A DNA stretch of 64,000 nucleotides from an uncultured Gemmatimonadaceae bacterium (GTDB taxonomy: Bacteria > Gemmatimonadota > Gemmatimonadetes > Gemmatimonadales > Gemmatimonadaceae). Every line of letters starts with the position of its first letter. The first letter of the stretch is position 1. The stretch spans positions 2,176,001 through 2,240,000 of the forward strand of contig OY970320.1 of the NCBI GenBank assembly GCA_963716745.1, in the 5' to 3' direction. The notes under the pieces were generated by a model, which worked only from the letters and a program-made list of their open reading frames with translations, ran no database searches and had not been told where the DNA came from. The translations under genes and the position numbers were made by a program. Positions 23,072 to 32,647 of this stretch are shown piece after piece.

Positions 23072-23875
23072 TTAGAAATGAAATCCAAACGCAATCTCCG
23101 GCCCAAAGATGTTCATATCATAAATGAACGTGTCACTCCCGCTCCCACTCGAATACGTGAGTCCCAGCCACCTATACTGCACCGAAGTCTCGAACAGCTT
23201 CGAGAATCTATATCCCACCGACGGCATCACCTGGTAAGTCCAATTATTCCCGCTCGTCGCGCCGATATCGGCGAACAACAGCACGTGCCACTTCTCGGCA
23301 TCCACGGGGGTCCAGCGGAATCCGAGCACCGGCAGCGCCCAGGTCTTGCTCTTCGTGGCCTCGCGTGGGGTCGGGCCCGGCGTGAGCAGCTCGATCTCGC
23401 CATGCGCCTGGATGCTGTTCACCAGGATCCCCGCAGCCACCTCGAAGCCGTGGCTCAGCTCCTTGAGGATGAACCCCTCGCCCGCGTACTGCTTCATGGT
23501 CACGGAGCCCGTCACCCAGAGCGTGCCCGGATCCGTCGGCTGATTCAGATCCATGTAGATCTGGTCGATCACGAACGACCACTGCCCCTTCCGCGCCTGC
23601 ACGTAGAGCATCGCGCCGAAATGCAGATGTGAGAAGATGTCGTTCGCACTCGCGTCCACGTGCAGCAGCGGGAGATTCCCGATCCCCGTGGTCCCCTGCA
23701 TAGTGGGCATGAGCAGATACGGCGCGATGGTCCACTGCCAAGCGTTCGGATCCGCCGGCGGCGCCCACTCACCCACCGCTGGCGCGAGTGCATAACGCGT
23801 CGCCTGCCCCGCCACCGGCAATGCCGCTGCCGCAATGAGTGCGATCAGTAAGGAGACACGATGTTTCGCGCGCAT
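23072..23875 (-). CDS. Putative outer-membrane beta-barrel protein, paralog 1
   Basis: Signal peptide, alternating aromatic beta-strands, C-terminal GPEIAFGFHF. Confidence 0.75.
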   Translation of the reverse strand: MRAKHRVSLLIALIAAAALPVAGQATRYALAPAVGEWAPPADPNAWQWTIAPYLLMPTMQGTTGIGNLPLLHVDASANDIFSHLHFGAMLYVQARKGQWSFVIDQIYMDLNQPTDPGTLWVTGSVTMKQYAGEGFILKELSHGFEVAAGILVNSIQAHGEIELLTPGPTPREATKSKTWALPVLGFRWTPVDAEKWHVLLFADIGATSGNNWTYQVMPSVGYRFSKLFETSVQYRWLGLTYSSGSGSDTFIYDMNIFGPEIAFGFHF

Positions 23876-23897
23876 TTGAACCTCAGCTGAGAGAGCA

Positions 23898-24858
23898 GTC
23901 CAACGTCTAAGTCTAACGTCTAAGTCTGCAGTACCGACTCAGAAATGAAGCACGACGGCAAGCTGCGGCCCATACGTCGTCGTCCGGTACTGAAGATACC
24001 CCTCATCGTGCGTCGTCGGTGTCGGCGGCTGGCCAATGCTGTACTCCACGTAGAGCACCCGGTACTGCGCGGAGATCTCGAACGTCTTGTTCAGCTTATA
24101 ACCGGCGGCCGGCAAAAGCTGCCACGTGAAATTATTGCCGCTCCAGGCGCCAACGTCGCCGAACACGGCCACGCGCCACCGCGCGCCGTCCACCGGGGTC
24201 CATCGCGCGCCGAGCACCGGCGTGACCCACGCGTGCGGATAGTTCTCGCTCACGTCCTCCAACGTGACCAGATCGCCTTCGACCTCGCTGAACGTGCCGT
24301 TCAGGATGGTGCCAATGCGATGCCCATTGATGCCGGCCGTCACTTCCCACGCTCTGGCGATGCGCCGGAAGAGGTACGCATCGAGCATGGTCTGATTGGT
24401 TGTCATCGTTCCGTCCAGCGTTTGGTCGCCATTGCTCACGAGGGGATACGGCTCGATGGTCTGCGTGAGCGACACGTTGCTTGCGTTGAGCGCGAACGAC
24501 CACGGACCGCTGTGCACCTCGAAATAGATGCCGCCGCCCACCTTCAGGTCGCTGAACGGCCCGGGCGACGCCCGGTTCACGCTCGCCGCCGGGAATTCCT
24601 CGATCGCCACGGTGCCGGTCATGCCCGCGAACATGACATACGGCGCCACAGTGAATGTGTAGGGCGCATCCTGCGCCCCCGCCGCCCCAGCGAATGAAAC
24701 GAGCGTGATACCGAAGATGATCGAAGAAGTGAGCCTCATGTTCCTCTAGTTGAAGGTTGCGTCGAGTTGCGATCCAAGAAGATGACAGGAAGTCACGGTT
24801 GTTACAAAGATTATCCCGCCTTCTAACGTCTAAGTCTAACGTCTAAGTCTGTAGTACC
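23898..24858. repeat. 38-bp direct repeats (23898-23935 and 24821-24858) of GTCTAAC/GTCTAA units, one upstream of each barrel gene; inverted partial copy at 22511-22530
   Basis: gtccaacgtctaagtctaacgtctaagtctgcagtacc vs ttctaacgtctaagtctaacgtctaagtctgtagtacc, 35/38 identical. Confidence 0.9.
23939..24739 (-). CDS. Putative outer-membrane beta-barrel protein, paralog 2
   Basis: Signal peptide, TVAPY, PVLGARWTPVD (paralog 1 has PVLGFRWTPVD), C-terminal GPQLAVVLHF. Confidence 0.75.
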   Translation of the reverse strand: MRLTSSIIFGITLVSFAGAAGAQDAPYTFTVAPYVMFAGMTGTVAIEEFPAASVNRASPGPFSDLKVGGGIYFEVHSGPWSFALNASNVSLTQTIEPYPLVSNGDQTLDGTMTTNQTMLDAYLFRRIARAWEVTAGINGHRIGTILNGTFSEVEGDLVTLEDVSENYPHAWVTPVLGARWTPVDGARWRVAVFGDVGAWSGNNFTWQLLPAAGYKLNKTFEISAQYRVLYVEYSIGQPPTPTTHDEGYLQYRTTTYGPQLAVVLHF

Positions 24859-24923
24859 AGCCCTTGCCCCCCGCCGAATCTGCAAGTACGATAAAAAAAC
24901 ACAATTCGCCGAGAGCACTGACC

Positions 24924-27035
24924 ATGAGAGAATTCGGCAGCCGGGAGATCCGCAACGTCGCGGTCGTCGGACATGGTGCGAGCGGGAAGACCACTTTGGT
25001 CGACGCGCTCGCTTTCGTTTCCGGGGCCTCCAAGCGGCACGGCACGATCAAAGAGGGCTCGGCCCTCACGGACTTCACCCCGGAAGAGATCGAGCGCAAA
25101 TATTCGATCAACCTCGGCTGCGCCTACGCCGAGTGGATGGACAGCAAGATCAATCTCATCGACGCCCCGGGCTATGCCGATTTCGCGGGCGATGCGATCG
25201 CGGGCCTCGCGGCCGCCGACGGCGCGCTGGTCGTGGTGAGCGCCACCGCCGGCGTCGAGGTCGGCACCGAGACGATGTTCCGCGAAGCGGTGAACCGGAA
25301 GGATCCCGTGCTCTTCGTGGTCTCCCTGCTCGACAAGGAGCACGCGTCGTTCGACCACGCCTACGAGAGCATCAAGGCGCGACTCACACCGAACGTCATC
25401 CCGGTGGAAGTGCCGATCGGCGAAGGGTCCACCTTCCGCGGCATACTGAACCTCTTCTCGCGGAAGGCCCACCTCTATAAGAAGGGCACGAAGGCCGGAG
25501 AGTATGACGAGACGGACGTCCCCGCCGACCAGCAGGCGATGTTCGACAAATACTACGAGCAGCTCATCGAGACGATCGCGAGCACGGATGACGCCATGCT
25601 CGAGCGCTATCTGGAAGGCAAGGAGATCGGCCGCGACGAAGCGATCGCCGCCATGAAGGAAGGCATGAAGCGCGGTGAACTCTTCCCGCTCTTCTGCGTG
25701 AGCGCTGAGCAGACCTTCGGCACCCGCGCGCTGCTCACGAAGATCGTGGAACTCATGCCGAGTGCGTACGAGATGGAAGAGCTCCACGCGCTCAAAGGCG
25801 CCGAGGGTGACAAAACCGTGGAGATCCACGCGAAGGACGACGCGCCCTTCGCCGCCTGGGTGTTCAAGACGCAATCGGAGCCGCACGTGGGCGACGTGTC
25901 GTTCTTCCGCATCCTCTCCGGCGTGGTGGTGAACGGCGCCGAGGTGTTCAACGCCACGCGGAACGGCGTTGAGAAGCTCGGCCACATCGCGGTTGCGCAG
26001 GGGAAGGACCGCGCCGAGGTGACCAAGCTGCACGCCGGCGACATCGGCTGTGTGGCCAAGCTCAAGAACACGCACACGAATGACACACTGAGCACCAAGG
26101 AACATCCGGTGCGCCTGCCGGCCGCGAAGTTTCCCGAGCCGCTCGTGGAGTTCGCGGTGCATGCGTCGGCGCGCAACGATGAAGAGAAATTGCAGGCGGG
26201 CTTGCACCGTCTGCACGATGAGGATCCCACCTTCGAGATGCACTACGATCCCGAGACGCACGAGACGATCGTCTCCGGACTCGGCGAGCGGCACCTCGAA
26301 GTGAACATGGCCAAGCTGCACCGGAAATTCGGCGTCACCGGCGAACTCACGAAGCCGCACATCGCGTACCGCGAGACGATCCGCGGCAAGGGCGAAGGGC
26401 AGGGGCGTCATAAGAAACAATCCGGCGGACGCGGACAGTTCGGCGACTGCTGGGTGCGCTTCGCGCCGCTGCCGCGCGGCGAGGGCTACGTGTTCAAGGA
26501 TGAGATCGTGGGCGGCGCGATCCCGAACAAGTTCATCCCGGCGGTGGACCGCGGCATCCAGGAAGCCTCGGCGCGCGGGATCCTCGCGGGCTATCCGCTG
26601 GTGGACTTCACCGTGGAGTGCTTCGACGGGTCGTACCACTCGGTGGATTCGAACGAGATGAGCTTCAAGATGGCTGGCATTCTCGCATTCAAGGCCGTCG
26701 CGCCCAAGTGCAAGCCGGTGCTGCTCGAGCCGCTGGACGAGCTCGAGATCAGCACGCCGGGCGATTATCTGGGCGACGTGATGGGCGATATCTCGGCGCG
26801 CCGCGGGCACATTCTGGGAAGCGATACGCTCGCGGACAACCGCGGCACGCTCGTGCGGGCCGTGATCCCTCGCGCGTCGCTGCACTTGTACGCGACCGAC
26901 CTGAGCTCGATGACCCACGGCCGCGCGACGTTCACGCGCAAATTCCGCGGCTACGAAGAAGCCCCGGGCGACGAGACGCAGCGCATCATCTCCGAATCGG
27001 CCAAGAACACCGACGAGGTGATGGCCGAGGCTTGA
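24924..27035 (+). CDS. fusA: Elongation factor G-like protein (EF-G2 type)
   Basis: GHGASGKTT, ERKYSI, IDAPG, GLGERHL, HKKQSGGRGQFG, DGSYHSVDS; no ribosomal protein genes adjacent. Confidence 0.88.
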   Translation: MREFGSREIRNVAVVGHGASGKTTLVDALAFVSGASKRHGTIKEGSALTDFTPEEIERKYSINLGCAYAEWMDSKINLIDAPGYADFAGDAIAGLAAADGALVVVSATAGVEVGTETMFREAVNRKDPVLFVVSLLDKEHASFDHAYESIKARLTPNVIPVEVPIGEGSTFRGILNLFSRKAHLYKKGTKAGEYDETDVPADQQAMFDKYYEQLIETIASTDDAMLERYLEGKEIGRDEAIAAMKEGMKRGELFPLFCVSAEQTFGTRALLTKIVELMPSAYEMEELHALKGAEGDKTVEIHAKDDAPFAAWVFKTQSEPHVGDVSFFRILSGVVVNGAEVFNATRNGVEKLGHIAVAQGKDRAEVTKLHAGDIGCVAKLKNTHTNDTLSTKEHPVRLPAAKFPEPLVEFAVHASARNDEEKLQAGLHRLHDEDPTFEMHYDPETHETIVSGLGERHLEVNMAKLHRKFGVTGELTKPHIAYRETIRGKGEGQGRHKKQSGGRGQFGDCWVRFAPLPRGEGYVFKDEIVGGAIPNKFIPAVDRGIQEASARGILAGYPLVDFTVECFDGSYHSVDSNEMSFKMAGILAFKAVAPKCKPVLLEPLDELEISTPGDYLGDVMGDISARRGHILGSDTLADNRGTLVRAVIPRASLHLYATDLSSMTHGRATFTRKFRGYEEAPGDETQRIISESAKNTDEVMAEA

Positions 27036-27049
27036 TCGTTCCGTTCCGA

Positions 27050-27317
27050 GCGCCCGTCGTGTTCCTTGCGCCGGAACACTTATCACGGTTCATGTTTAAC
27101 GGGATGCGGCGGAAGAAGCACGGATTGACTCCGAGCGTGATGACGATTCGTCGCAGCGGATCAAGTTGTTGATTTTGTTGTTAACAACAAAAACACAACG
27201 CCGATCACGAACGATGATCCGATCCGCCGGATGGAGACAATCCGCGCTTCTTCCGCCGCATCCCGTTAAACATGAACCGTGATCCATGTGTTTGAGCGCA
27301 TGGAGGCCAACGAGCGC
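27050..27317. repeat. ~270-bp palindromic element, copy 1
   Basis: Arms atcacggttcatgtttaacgggatgcggcggaagaagc / gcttcttccgccgcatcccgttaaacatgaaccgtgat; centre ttgttgttaacaacaa. Confidence 0.92.
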
Positions 27318-27335
27318 TTCGGATCCTGCAATGTC

Positions 27336-27603
27336 GCGCTCGTCATGCTCTTTGCACTGGAACACGCATATCACGGTTCATGTTTCAGGGGATGCAGCGG
27401 AAGCAGCACGGATTGTTTCCTAGCGAGGTGAGAGCGCATCGCAGCGGGTCGGGTGGTTGTATTTGTTAACAACGACAACACGGCGCCGACCGCGAACGAT
27501 GAGCCGATCCGCCGCAGGGAGACAATCTGAGCCCCTTTCCGCCGCATCCCGCTAAACATGAACCGTGATACTTGTGTTCCGGTGCAACGATGCCGACGGG
27601 CGC
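27336..27603. repeat. ~270-bp palindromic element, copy 2 (tandem, more degenerate)
   Basis: Same atcacggttcatgttt...aaacatgaaccgtgat arms; centre ttgttaacaa. Confidence 0.9.
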
Positions 27604-27692
27604 ACGGCACCAAGTTGCCGTTATCCTGCACGGGAGCCATTTTCGAAGTCCGGAAAAGCGCTCAGCTCTCAAACCACGATCCCAGGTCTCAG

Positions 27693-29222
27693 ATGCCCCG
27701 TGTGATTCGTACGGTCTCCATTCTCGCTCTCCTCGCAACGGTCACCGCAATCGATGCGCAGGCGCCGGCCAAGAAGGCCGATCCGCTCGCGGGCTTCGAC
27801 GCCTATGTCGCGAAAGGGATGAAGGACTGGGACGTCCCCGGCATGGAGATCGCCATCGTGAAGGACGATTCCGTCACCTTCATCAAGGGCTACGGCGTGA
27901 AGACCGTTGGCGGACACGATTCCGTGAACATCCACACGCTCTTCGCGAACGCGTCCACCACGAAAGCGTTCGGATCGTACGCCGCGATGCTCATGGTGGA
28001 CAGCGGCAAACTCTCGCTCGACACGCGCGTCGCCGACCGGATGCCGCAGCTGCAGCTCATGTCACCCTACGTGACCTCCGAGCTCACCGAGCGCGATCTG
28101 CTCACGCACCGCAGCGGTCTCCCGGAAGCGGGTTATCTCTGGTACGGCACGTCGTACGATTTCAACGAGATCGCCAAGAAGCTCCGCCTCGTGAAGCCCA
28201 CGTACTCATTCCGCGAGCATTTCCAGTACCAGAACGAGACGTACGCCGCGGCCGTGTTCATCGCGGCGCTCGCCGCGAAACAGGATTGGGAGGCGATGTT
28301 CAAGAAGGACATCTTCACGCCGCTCGGCATGAACGAGACGGTCACGAACACGCAGGCCGCGGTCGACTTCAAGAACGTCGCCACGCCGCACTTCCGCATC
28401 GACGACACCGTGCGCGCCATCGATCGCTATCAAACGGACAACATCGGCCCCGCCGGCGCGATGTACTCGAACGTGTCCGACATGTCCAAGTGGCTGCGCT
28501 TCCTGCTCGACAGCACGCGCGTCGGCGGCAAGCGCATGCTCAGCGCCGCGAATTTCGCCGAACTCTGGCAGCTGCAGCAGATCGTCGGCCCCGATGAGTT
28601 CTATCCCACCGCGCGCCTCACGCATCCCAACTACACCGCGTACGGACTCGGCTGGTTCCTCGAGGATTATCGTGGTGAGGCCGTGGTGTTCCACACCGGC
28701 AGCATCGACGGATTCGTCGCCATCGTGGGACTCATCCCCAGCCGCAAGCTGGGCGTCGTGATCTTCGAGAATCTCGATCACGCCGAGCTGCGTCACGCGC
28801 TCATGTACACCGTGTTCGACCGTTACATCGGCGGCGGCACGCACGACTGGAGCGCTGAATTGAAGAAGATGTACGACGCGGCGCATGCGCGTCGCGCGGA
28901 AGCCGTGGCCGCTGAGGCGAAGAAGCGGGTGATGGGCACCAAGCCCAGTTTGCCGCTCGCCGCATACGCGGGCACGTACAAGGACGAGCTGTACGGCAGC
29001 ACCGTGATCAAGCTCAAGGACGGCAAGCTGTGGGAGGACGATCCGTTCACGAGCGCCACGATGGAGCATTGGAACTACGACACGTTCGAGATGAAGTACA
29101 CGAAGCGCTGGCTCGGCACGCAGCTGGTGACGTTCGTGATCGGTACCGACGGGAAAGTGTCGGGATTGGATGTGGGTGATGGTGTGATCATCGCGCGCGC
29201 GCCGGATGCGAGTAGCAAGTAG
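27693..29222 (+). CDS. Secreted serine hydrolase, beta-lactamase class C / peptidase S12 fold, with DUF3471-like C-terminal domain
   Basis: Signal peptide; ASTTK (SxxK), LLTHRSG, YQN (YxN), HTG; YAGTY in the C-terminal domain. Confidence 0.85.
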   Translation: MPRVIRTVSILALLATVTAIDAQAPAKKADPLAGFDAYVAKGMKDWDVPGMEIAIVKDDSVTFIKGYGVKTVGGHDSVNIHTLFANASTTKAFGSYAAMLMVDSGKLSLDTRVADRMPQLQLMSPYVTSELTERDLLTHRSGLPEAGYLWYGTSYDFNEIAKKLRLVKPTYSFREHFQYQNETYAAAVFIAALAAKQDWEAMFKKDIFTPLGMNETVTNTQAAVDFKNVATPHFRIDDTVRAIDRYQTDNIGPAGAMYSNVSDMSKWLRFLLDSTRVGGKRMLSAANFAELWQLQQIVGPDEFYPTARLTHPNYTAYGLGWFLEDYRGEAVVFHTGSIDGFVAIVGLIPSRKLGVVIFENLDHAELRHALMYTVFDRYIGGGTHDWSAELKKMYDAAHARRAEAVAAEAKKRVMGTKPSLPLAAYAGTYKDELYGSTVIKLKDGKLWEDDPFTSATMEHWNYDTFEMKYTKRWLGTQLVTFVIGTDGKVSGLDVGDGVIIARAPDASSK

Positions 29223-29245
29223 GGACGGCAAGGACAAACTGCTTT

Positions 29246-29333
29246 GACAGGATTAACATGATTGACCTGATGAATTGCAACGGCTTGAATGCGTTGGTGC
29301 TGCGTGCATCACTTCAATCATGTTAATCGTGTC
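29246..29333. repeat. 20-bp inverted repeat with 9-mer periodicity in an AT-rich spacer
   Basis: gacaggattaacatgattga (29246-29265) vs tcaatcatgttaatcgtgtc (29314-29333), 19/20 complementary. Confidence 0.85.
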
Positions 29334-29466
29334 GAGATGTTTTTTGATCTTTTTGTGCTTCGAGGAGATTCGAGCGCACATGGGACTCGGTCGCGAAAAT
29401 TTTAATGTTGTCTTCGGAGTGTATTCGGTTTTTTCGGCGCTACTATAGTAAAGTGTGAGGATCAGG

Positions 29467-29880
29467 ATGCCTGTCTCTAAGCTGGCTGCGAAGATGAAGC
29501 TGAAGCCGGGGCATCGCGCGGCGTTGGTCAACGCGCCGAAGGGGTACGCGAAAGAACTGAGTCCACTGCCGGCCGGCGCAAAGATCGCCGCGAAACTCAC
29601 CGGAGAGTTCGACTGGATCCAACTCTTCGCGCGCAATGAAGCCGAGCTGCGCAAGCTGGTGCCGGGCGCCGTGAAAGCGCTCAAGCCCGAGAGCATGCTC
29701 TGGCTGTCGTTCCCGAAGGGCGGCTCCAAGATCCAGACGGATCTCACGCGTGATCAGGGGTGGGATTCGCTCAAGCCATTCGAGATGAAGTGGATCACGC
29801 TGATCTCCGTGAACGACACGTGGAGCGCGTTCGCGATCAGACCGCACCGCGCGGGCGAGAAGAAGCAGGGGTTCCGATGA
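29467..29880 (+). CDS. Conserved hypothetical protein (DUF3052-like)
   Basis: LWLSFPKGGSKIQTDLTRD, ISVNDTWSA; GAGG upstream of ATG. Confidence 0.7.
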   Translation: MPVSKLAAKMKLKPGHRAALVNAPKGYAKELSPLPAGAKIAAKLTGEFDWIQLFARNEAELRKLVPGAVKALKPESMLWLSFPKGGSKIQTDLTRDQGWDSLKPFEMKWITLISVNDTWSAFAIRPHRAGEKKQGFR

Positions 29881-30428
29881 ACATCCGGTTCGGCGCCGTC
29901 GCCGCTATTCTGCTCTGCGCCGGCATCGCCTGCGGGCGCGACACAGCGCAACCGGCCAAGCCGCAGTCGCCGCCGCTGTCACCCGAGGAAGTTGTCTCAG
30001 CGATCCTGAAGGCCGTCGCGCCATCCTCGGCAGAGGAGCCATCGGACTCCCTCTTCTCCGAGGCGCCGAACTGCGACCAGGAATATGAGAGCGACGTGCT
30101 CGTGTTCCCGGCCAAGTTCAAGATCACCGGTTCGCAACTGCTTCACGACACCGCGGTGGTGCATACGCAGATCGTGTCCGTCGGCGAGCGCGTCGCGAAT
30201 GCCGCGAACGATAGCGTCGTCGTTCGGCAGATCACGCGCACGGGCGAGGCCACGTGGACGCTGCTGCGCGACGCGCCCTCGGGACGCTGGCAAGTGTGCG
30301 GTGACCCGCGCGGAGTCGCCGTCTACTTCGGCGTGCTCGACGATCTCGACACAGGTGTGACCTGGGCCGGCCAAGCATCCGCCGTGCGGTTGCGCGCATC
30401 GGCCGACTCGGCGAACCGGATTCCGTAG
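29877..30428 (+). CDS. Hypothetical lipoprotein
   Basis: ATGA overlap with the previous gene; hydrophobic signal ending in lipobox-like GIAC. Confidence 0.6.
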   Translation: MNIRFGAVAAILLCAGIACGRDTAQPAKPQSPPLSPEEVVSAILKAVAPSSAEEPSDSLFSEAPNCDQEYESDVLVFPAKFKITGSQLLHDTAVVHTQIVSVGERVANAANDSVVVRQITRTGEATWTLLRDAPSGRWQVCGDPRGVAVYFGVLDDLDTGVTWAGQASAVRLRASADSANRIP

Positions 30429-30449
30429 CTCCCGCAGCGCCGGGACACC

Positions 30450-30605
30450 GTCCGCTCGTGGGACGCCCAGTCCCCACTCCGAACACCCACTCGCCAACCA
30501 TCGGCCCACTCGCGGAGTCTAACCACGCGTTAGACCGCTTATTAAGCAGTTAGCGAGTCCCGAATCCCGAATCCCGAACCTAAACGCTCACGGCATACGT
30601 TTTGC
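30450..30605 (+). promoter_or_regulatory. Predicted sigma54 promoter (GG 30592-93, GC 30604-05) with candidate activator sites and IHF-like site
   Basis: cGGcatacgttttGCt has GG-N10-GC spacing. GTCC-N7-G(G/A)AC occurs at 30450 and 30470. tattaagcagtta (30540-30552) is one mismatch from WATCAANNNNTTR. Confidence 0.7.
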
Positions 30606-30653
30606 TTTTAGGGAGGTGAACATCCGTGGTGCCCCTAGCCTAAGGTTAGAGAT

Positions 30654-31899
30654 TTGGACGTCGCTCGCGCCCCCAAGAAGAAGACCTCGAAATACGTCGC
30701 CATCGGCGGCGGTATCTTCGCGCTCATCATCGTCACGGTCGCACTCGGCCGGCTCAAGCCCGCCGCGCCGTCCGTGGAGATCGCCACGCTCCTCATCGAC
30801 TCGGTGAAGCAGGGTGACCTCTCTATAGAAGTACGCGGGCCCGGCAACCTCACGCCGGAACACATTCGCTTCATCACGGCGCAGGCGAGTGCCCGCGTCG
30901 ACCGGCTCATCGCACAATCGGGCCAGAGCGTTCCCGCCGGCGGCGTGCTGCTCACGCTCTCCAATCCCGACGTCGAGATCCAGGCGCTGCAGGCCGATCA
31001 GGCCTACAACCAGGCGCGATTCGATCTCTTCGCGATGCGCACGAACTTGAACGCGGCGCGGCTGGCGCAGGAAGGCACGGTCGCCACGACGCGCACGAAC
31101 TACATCGCCGCCACGCAGGACGCGGCGGCCGCCGAGTCGCTCGTCACGAAGAATCTCATCTCCCCCTTCGACGCGAACCAGAAGAAGGCCGCGGCGCAGG
31201 AATACGAGACGCGTCTGCGCGTGGAGAAAGAACGCCTCGCGCTCATGACGTCGAGCGTGGACTCGCAGATCGCCGTGCAAACGGACCAAGTGAAGCGCCT
31301 CAAGTCGATCGCGGAGCTCGACCGCTCGCGCGTGAATGCACTGCAGGTCACGGCGCCCGACGCCGGCATCGTCCAAGACCTCACGATCCAGCTCGGCCAG
31401 TGGGTCACGGAAGGCACAACGCTCGCCAAGGTCGTGCAGCCGGGCACGCTCAAGGCCGTCATTCAGAATTCCTGAAACACAGGCCAAGGATGTCGCCGTA
31501 GGCCAAGAGGCCGACATCGACACACGCAACGGTATCGTCCACGGCCATGTCTCACGGAAGGACCCCAGCTCCGTGAACGGCACGGTCACGGTGGACGTGA
31601 AAATGGAAGGTACGCTCCCCCCGGGCGCGGTGCCCGATCTCTCCGTGGATGGCACGATCAGGATCGCGTCGCTCAAGAACGTCATGTACACCGGCCGCCC
31701 CGCCTACGGTTCGGGCACGGGCATGGTGGGTCTGTTCAAGGTCGTGGAGAACGGCAGCGCCGCGATCCGCGTGCAAGTCCAGCTCGGCAAGAGTTCAGTC
31801 ACAACGGTAGAGATCCTGAAGGGCCTGAACATCGGCGACAAAGTGATTCTGAGTGACATGTCTCAGTACGACAACGTGGAACGCGTACGCCTCAAATAA
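30654..31899 (+). CDS. Periplasmic adaptor subunit (HlyD/MacA-like), frameshift near 31465
   Basis: N-terminal TM, VRGPGNLTPE, coiled coil, VTAPDAGIV; continues IPETQAKDV..ARPDLSVDG-like PDLSVDG..GDKVILSD. Confidence 0.85.
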
Positions 31900-31913
31900 C
31901 TCCGGAGCGCACA

Positions 31914-32624
<711 letters not shown>

Positions 32625-32647
32625 ACGTTCCACCCCCGAGGGCGACA

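Noticed and set aside
22533..24858. Integron attC-like cores (GTCTAAC, GTTAGGC) near the barrel genes
   Set aside because: No integrase in the window, and the cores are tandem or about 530 bp apart rather than forming compact attC folds.
24843..27086. Long antisense ORFs (e.g. 747 aa opposite fusA; also 1216..2904, 33596..35419, 53330..55411)
   Set aside because: Typical stop-poor shadow frames of high-GC genes, with no recognisable motifs.
27050..27603. CRISPR array
   Set aside because: Units are ~270-bp palindromes, not short direct repeats with unique spacers; no cas genes.
27606..27618. Sigma54 promoter GGcaccaagttGC upstream of the serine hydrolase
   Set aside because: Spacing is GG-N9-GC, not N10; valid only if a base is missing through sequencing error.
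27096..27738. Short ORFs across the 270-bp palindromes (also 55933..56454)
   Set aside because: Atypical composition; similar peptides on both strands simply reflect the palindrome.
29253..29747. 164-aa minus-strand ORF over the AT-rich spacer
   Set aside because: Mostly antisense to the better-supported 29467..29880 gene.
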